Positions 59,735 to 64,000 of a DNA stretch of 64,000 nucleotides are shown piece after piece. Position numbers and translations under genes: made by a program. How positions within the stretch are numbered: position 1 is the first letter of the stretch; the number at the start of each line of letters is the position of its first letter. This DNA comes from Escherichia coli (GTDB taxonomy: Bacteria; Pseudomonadota; Gammaproteobacteria; Enterobacterales; Enterobacteriaceae), in assembly GCF_003790525.1 (NCBI RefSeq), contig NZ_CP033635.1. One strand, 5' to 3'. Below the pieces are notes generated by a model. The model saw only the letters and a program-made list of their open reading frames with translations. It searched no databases and was not told where the DNA came from.

Positions 59735-59935
59735 GTGGAAAAATATTGTGAGTTAATACGCAAGCGGTACGCGGAAATCGCCAGCGGAGACTTAGGATAC
59801 GTTCCGGACGCGCTGGGCTGCGTTTTGAAAGTGCTGAATGAAATGGCTGCCGACGACGCCCTTTCTGAGGCTGTCAGGGAAAAAGCAGCATACGCTGCGG
59901 CAAACTTACTGGTGAGCGATTATGTCAATGAATGA
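59735..59935 (+). CDS. yaeP: UPF0253 protein YaeP (GTG start after AGGAGG RBS)
   Basis: 66 aa [12 protein letters not shown]... Confidence 0.85.
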
Positions 59936-60182
59936 TACGTATCAACCAATCAATTGTGATGATTACGATAATCTTGAGCTCGCCTGCCAGCATCATTTAA
60001 TGCTGACACTTGAGCTGAAAGATGGCGAAAAATTGCAGGCGAAGGCCAGCGATTTAGTCTCCCGCAAAAATGTGGAGTATCTGGTCGTCGAGGCCGCTGG
60101 TACAACCCGCGAGCTGCGTCTGGATAAAATTACCAGCTTTAGCCACCCGGAAATCGGTACGGTGGTGGTGAGCGAGTCCTGA
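59928..60182 (+). CDS. rof: Rho-specific inhibitor of transcription termination Rof (YaeO)
   Basis: 84 aa from ATG at 59928. Confidence 0.9.
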
Positions 60183-60184
60183 TT

Positions 60185-60225
60185 GACTTTCGCCGGATGC
60201 GACGTTTGATGCGTCTTATCCGGCT
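60185..60225. repeat. REP element
   Basis: gccggatgcgacgtttgatgcgtcttatccggc. Confidence 0.8.
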
Positions 60226-60230
60226 TTCAC

Positions 60231-61529
60231 TTAACTAAGCGTTTTCTGCCAGACAAAACTGACGCCATTCTCACCTTCAGCCACACCTTCTTGCGTCACA
60301 AATACCCCTGCCGCCGCAATCAACGTTTCGCCATAAAACAGCAGTGGCGTGGTGTCACGTAGCCACGGCGGCACACCCAGCTCTTGCCAGATTTTCTTCA
60401 GCTTACGTCCGCCATTGCGCCCGACAATATGCAGCAATCCAGGCGCTTTGAAACGCACGCTGACCGCTTCGTCTGCACGCGGAGGGCGAATATCGCCTCC
60501 CGCAGTAAGCTGTACACTTCCCAGTCCCGCCGGTAATTCCAGCGGTTGTAGCCACGTCTGCCACGGCACAATGGTTTCGCTTTGCCCGGCAACGGATTTA
60601 ATCCACCACAGTTGCGATTGATAGCGGCGGATTTCAAACGCCCCCAAACGTAAACAGGGGGAAGCATCTTCTCGCGCCAGCGCCACTTCCTGCCAGATCC
60701 TCACCAACGCGTCGCGGGAAGGCATCGGTGCATTCTGCCCTGCCAGCCAGCGGCGGATAATCGCCGCGCGACGGGCATCACTCATCGCCAGCATTGGCGC
60801 AATCTGCAGCGTCCCCTGCGGCGTTTGACAGTGTGCTAAATCATCTGCCAGCAGTTCATCCAGCAGGCTCTCTTGCTCAGCACAAAGTGCAGCGCTGCGG
60901 GCCGTTGCTTCGGCAAAATGCGGCCAACGCTGCTGCAATAACGGCACTACGCGCAGGCGCAGAAAGTTACGATCGTATGAGTCGTCCTGATTACTTTCGT
61001 CTTCAATCCAGCGTAAACCATGCGCCAATGCCCACTGCTCCAGTTCCCCCCGCGTGCGGGCGAGCAACGGGCGGATAAGCTGTGTTCCGGCAAACTCCGA
61101 AACTTCCCCCATAGCCGAAAGCCCGGCAGGGCCGCTACCGCGTTTTAGCGCCAGCAGAAAGGTTTCACATTGGTCGTCGAGATGTTGCGCGGTGACCAGC
61201 ACTTCACCGGGTAACAGGGTACGAGCAAATGCCTGATAACGCACCTGCCGCGCCTGGGCCTCAATGCCCAGTCCTTCTTGCGCAAGTTGCACGCGCTCGA
61301 CCACCAGCGGCACCTGCCACTGTTGGCAGATGTTCTCGCAATGCCTAACCCAGGCATCGGCATTGGCACTTAAACCGTGATGCACATGGATAGCGCGTAG
61401 AGTGACGCCCGGATTTTCCGTCCGCCACTGCACCAACTGATGCAGCAGAACGGTGGAGTCAAGCCCGCCGCTAAAGGCCACCAGAATCTGGCGTGAGGAG
61501 AGAAGTTGTCTATTGAGCGTGAGTGTCAT
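60231..61529 (-). CDS. tilS: tRNA(Ile)-lysidine synthetase TilS
   Basis: 432 aa; PP-loop motif SGGLDS. Confidence 0.95.
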   Translation of the reverse strand: MTLTLNRQLLSSRQILVAFSGGLDSTVLLHQLVQWRTENPGVTLRAIHVHHGLSANADAWVRHCENICQQWQVPLVVERVQLAQEGLGIEAQARQVRYQAFARTLLPGEVLVTAQHLDDQCETFLLALKRGSGPAGLSAMGEVSEFAGTQLIRPLLARTRGELEQWALAHGLRWIEDESNQDDSYDRNFLRLRVVPLLQQRWPHFAEATARSAALCAEQESLLDELLADDLAHCQTPQGTLQIAPMLAMSDARRAAIIRRWLAGQNAPMPSRDALVRIWQEVALAREDASPCLRLGAFEIRRYQSQLWWIKSVAGQSETIVPWQTWLQPLELPAGLGSVQLTAGGDIRPPRADEAVSVRFKAPGLLHIVGRNGGRKLKKIWQELGVPPWLRDTTPLLFYGETLIAAAGVFVTQEGVAEGENGVSFVWQKTLS

Positions 61530-61593
61530 GATGATGCGATTTTACAGTAGCAATGCCCGGCACGTTACCGGGCAAATATGGCGATGACAAGCC

Positions 61594-61983
61594 TTACTGC
61601 TCATACAGTTCCAACGGCAGTCCGTCCGGATCGTTAAAGAACGTGAAGCGTTTTTGCGTGTAGGGATCGACACGGATGGCTTCACACTTCACGTTATGGC
61701 TTTCAAGGTACGCCACTGCCGCATCGATATCATCAACGCTAAAAGCCAGATGACGCAGGCCGCAAGCTTCCGGTCGGCTGGGGCGCTCCGGCGGGAACGG
61801 AAATGAGAAAAGCTCAATCACATATTGCCCATTAAGCGCCAAATCCCCTTTCCACGAATCGCGCGCTTCGCGATAGACTTCGCTTTGCAGCGTGAAACCA
61901 AGAATATCGCAGTAAAACGCTTTGCTCACCGCATAATCCGTCGCAATAATCGCAATATGGTGAACCTGTTTTAAACCCAGCAT
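61594..61983 (-). CDS. yaeR: VOC (glyoxalase-like) family protein YaeR (ATG at 61983)
   Basis: 129 aa; VOC fold. Confidence 0.88.
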   Translation of the reverse strand: MLGLKQVHHIAIIATDYAVSKAFYCDILGFTLQSEVYREARDSWKGDLALNGQYVIELFSFPFPPERPSRPEACGLRHLAFSVDDIDAAVAYLESHNVKCEAIRVDPYTQKRFTFFNDPDGLPLELYEQ

Positions 61984-62039
61984 AACGTCTCCTTTATTTG
62001 TTAACAGCACGTTACTCGCCCGGAAGCCGCTCTGGCAAG

Positions 62040-64000
62040 TTATCCCGCCATTTTTAGGACTCGTACGCGGTAAATGCCGTCTTCGTCCTGTTTCGCGCCG
62101 TGAATATCCGTTTCAAAACCGGGGTAATGTTGCCCTACGGAACAAAGCATCAGTAGAAAATCGAGTACCGTGCGGCTCTCTTCGGTCAGCATTTCTCCAG
62201 GCATCAACAGCGGTACGCCGGGTGGATAAGGCAGGATCATATTTGCCGATACTCTACCGACCAGTTGTTCCAGCGCAATGGTTTCTACTTCACCTTTAAT
62301 CTGTCTCTGCCATGCCTGATGTGGCGTCATGATCATCTCCGGCAAGGTATCAAATGCCCGCAACATCAAACCGGGAAGATCGTGTTTACGAATCAGCTTA
62401 TGGATCCCTTGCGCCAGATCCTGAATACGCATACTGCGGTAGAAATCGGGATCTTCTGCATAGAGATCGGGCAGCATATTTTTGATCCGCAGGTTGAGAT
62501 CGTAAGAGCGCTTAAATTCCGTCAACCCACGCAATAATCCCATTGCTTTGGTTTTATCGATGCCAATACTAAAGAGAAACAGCAGGTTATAAGGGCCGGT
62601 TTTCTCTACTACGATCCCACGTTCGTCGAGGAATTTTGCCACCAGCGCCGCCGGGATCCCCTCCTCGCTCATATTGCCCTGCTCGTCCATCCCCGGTGTC
62701 AAAATAGTGACTTTAACCGGATCGAGAAACATATGATCGGCATCCGCATCGTTAAAGCCGTGCCACTGTTCGCCAGGCGCAACGGGCCAGCATTCGGCTT
62801 CATCCACCTGCGGCGGTTGCCAGATATCGAAAAACCAACCGTCAGACTCTTCCCGCAGCCGCTGGACCTCTTTGCGAAAATGCAGCGCCCGCTCCACCGA
62901 ACGGTTAATCAGCCGTTTGCCCGGATTACCACGCAGCATCGCCGCCGCCGTCTCAACCGAAGCAACAATGGGATAACTGGGCGAGGTGGTGGTATGCATC
63001 ATAAAGGCTTCGTTAAACGCCTCTTCGTCATACTCGCCTTTAATGTGGATCAGCGAAGCCTGCGATAACGCCGCCAGCATTTTGTGGGTCGATTGCGTTT
63101 CGAAGATCACTTTTCCCGCAACACGCTCGCCGCTCATACCACTTTTACCCTGGTAGATCGGATGAAAATGGGTGTACGGCACCCAGGCAGAATCGCAGTG
63201 AATCGACGGGACATCCAGCGTCTGTTTGATCCAGTCGGTGTTGTAGAGCAAGCCATCATAGGTGGAGTTGGTAATCACCGCATGAACCGGCCATTGTGCT
63301 TGCGTGGTAGCAGCGACTTTCTCTTCGATACTGTCGCGAGAAAATTCACGGCGCGGGATCCCACCAAGAATCCCCAACGCATTACGTGTTGGTTTTAGCC
63401 AGACCGGCACTACATCGTTCATCATCAACAGATGCGCCAGCGATTTATGACAATTGCGGTCAATTAACAGCGTACTGCCGGATGGCGCGGCGTACATACC
63501 CACAATTTTGTTCGACGTCGATGTTCCGTTGGTGACGATATAACTCTGTTCCGCGCCAAACGTCCGCGCGATGTACTCTTCCGCTTCCAGGTGTGGCCCG
63601 GTGTGGTCGAGCAACGAACCAAGCTCGGTGACCGAAATAGAGACGTCCGCCTTGAGGGTATTCCCGCCGAAAAAATCATAAAACAGACAGCCAACCGGGC
63701 TTTTTTGATATGCGGTGCCGCCCATATGCCCCGGCGTACAAAAGGTGTACTTCCGCTCTTTGACGTAGGTAAACAAGGCTTTCGTGAACGGCGGCGTAAT
63801 GTTATCAAGATATTCGTTGGTGTACTGACGCATACGAATGGCGATATCTTCCGCCTGCCCCAGCGCATATTCAAAAAACCAGAGCGCCATCCGCATATCC
63901 TGCACGCTGACATCCATCGTCGAGTGGGTGTTGATGAAGGCATAAAGCGGGAGATATTCATTAAGCTGATTGATATCGCTACATAAATCGAGACTGTACT
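62040..64000 (-). CDS. ldcC: Lysine decarboxylase, constitutive (LdcC); N-terminal ~60 codons lie beyond the window end
   Basis: Fold-I PLP decarboxylase; matches LdcC as recalled from MDVSVQDMRMALWFFEY onward; frame open to window end. Confidence 0.93.
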   Translation of the reverse strand, partial: YSLDLCSDINQLNEYLPLYAFINTHSTMDVSVQDMRMALWFFEYALGQAEDIAIRMRQYTNEYLDNITPPFTKALFTYVKERKYTFCTPGHMGGTAYQKSPVGCLFYDFFGGNTLKADVSISVTELGSLLDHTGPHLEAEEYIARTFGAEQSYIVTNGTSTSNKIVGMYAAPSGSTLLIDRNCHKSLAHLLMMNDVVPVWLKPTRNALGILGGIPRREFSRDSIEEKVAATTQAQWPVHAVITNSTYDGLLYNTDWIKQTLDVPSIHCDSAWVPYTHFHPIYQGKSGMSGERVAGKVIFETQSTHKMLAALSQASLIHIKGEYDEEAFNEAFMMHTTTSPSYPIVASVETAAAMLRGNPGKRLINRSVERALHFRKEVQRLREESDGWFFDIWQPPQVDEAECWPVAPGEQWHGFNDADADHMFLDPVKVTILTPGMDEQGNMSEEGIPAALVAKFLDERGIVVEKTGPYNLLFLFSIGIDKTKAMGLLRGLTEFKRSYDLNLRIKNMLPDLYAEDPDFYRSMRIQDLAQGIHKLIRKHDLPGLMLRAFDTLPEMIMTPHQAWQRQIKGEVETIALEQLVGRVSANMILPYPPGVPLLMPGEMLTEESRTVLDFLLMLCSVGQHYPGFETDIHGAKQDEDGIYRVRVLKMAG

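Noticed and set aside
63917-64000. Apparent N-terminal truncation of ldcC
   Set aside because: Window-edge artefact; the frame stays open to position 64000

Overview
This window reads as an Escherichia coli-type chromosomal segment, inverted relative to the usual K-12 orientation, whose left 28 kb is an apparently intact Flag-2 (lateral-type) flagellar locus. All calls are from reading the sequence and ORF translations by eye; no searches were run.

Layout:
- 1-27.9 kb: Flag-2 locus, from lfgK (truncated by the window edge) through the rod/hook/ring genes lfgJ-lfgB, lfgA, lfgM, lfgN, a variable region, then lfiJ-lfiE, lafK, lfiMNPQR and lfhBA.
- 27.9-44.8 kb: conserved backbone rayT, yafL, dinJ/yafQ, yafK, yafJ, gmhA, fadE, ivy, yafV, aspV, dnaQ, rnhA, yafS, gloB, mltD, yafE, yafD, yafC, dkgB.
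- 44.9-50.5 kb: complete rrnH-type rRNA operon on the minus strand (16S, tRNA-Ile, tRNA-Ala, 23S, 5S, tRNA-Asp) with recognisable P1/P2 promoters.
- 50.5-64 kb: gmhB, metNIQ, rcsF, tsaA, proS, yaeF, nlpE, arfB, yaeQ, yaeP, rof, tilS, yaeR and ldcC (truncated by the window edge).

The most interesting part is the variable region (9.1-14.8 kb) inside Flag-2:
- A near-consensus sigma-54 promoter drives a hypothetical gene and a large three-domain transferase (GT2, GT25-like, TagF-like CDP-glycerol glycerophosphotransferase).
- A TagD-like cytidylyltransferase is coupled to the end of the lfi operon. Together these suggest a CDP-glycerol-dependent modification system for the lateral flagellum.
- A strongly AT-rich, overlapping two-gene cassette of unknown function sits between them, possibly a hydrolase plus a membrane-anchored partner.

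Other notable points: the yafQ toxin gene is frameshifted while dinJ is intact; LafK has no N-terminal regulatory domain; REP/BIME repeats flank rayT and punctuate the Flag-2 operons; the K-12 aspV-associated islet is absent.

The ORF track uses alternative start codons, so several starts were moved to the first plausible ATG/GTG.
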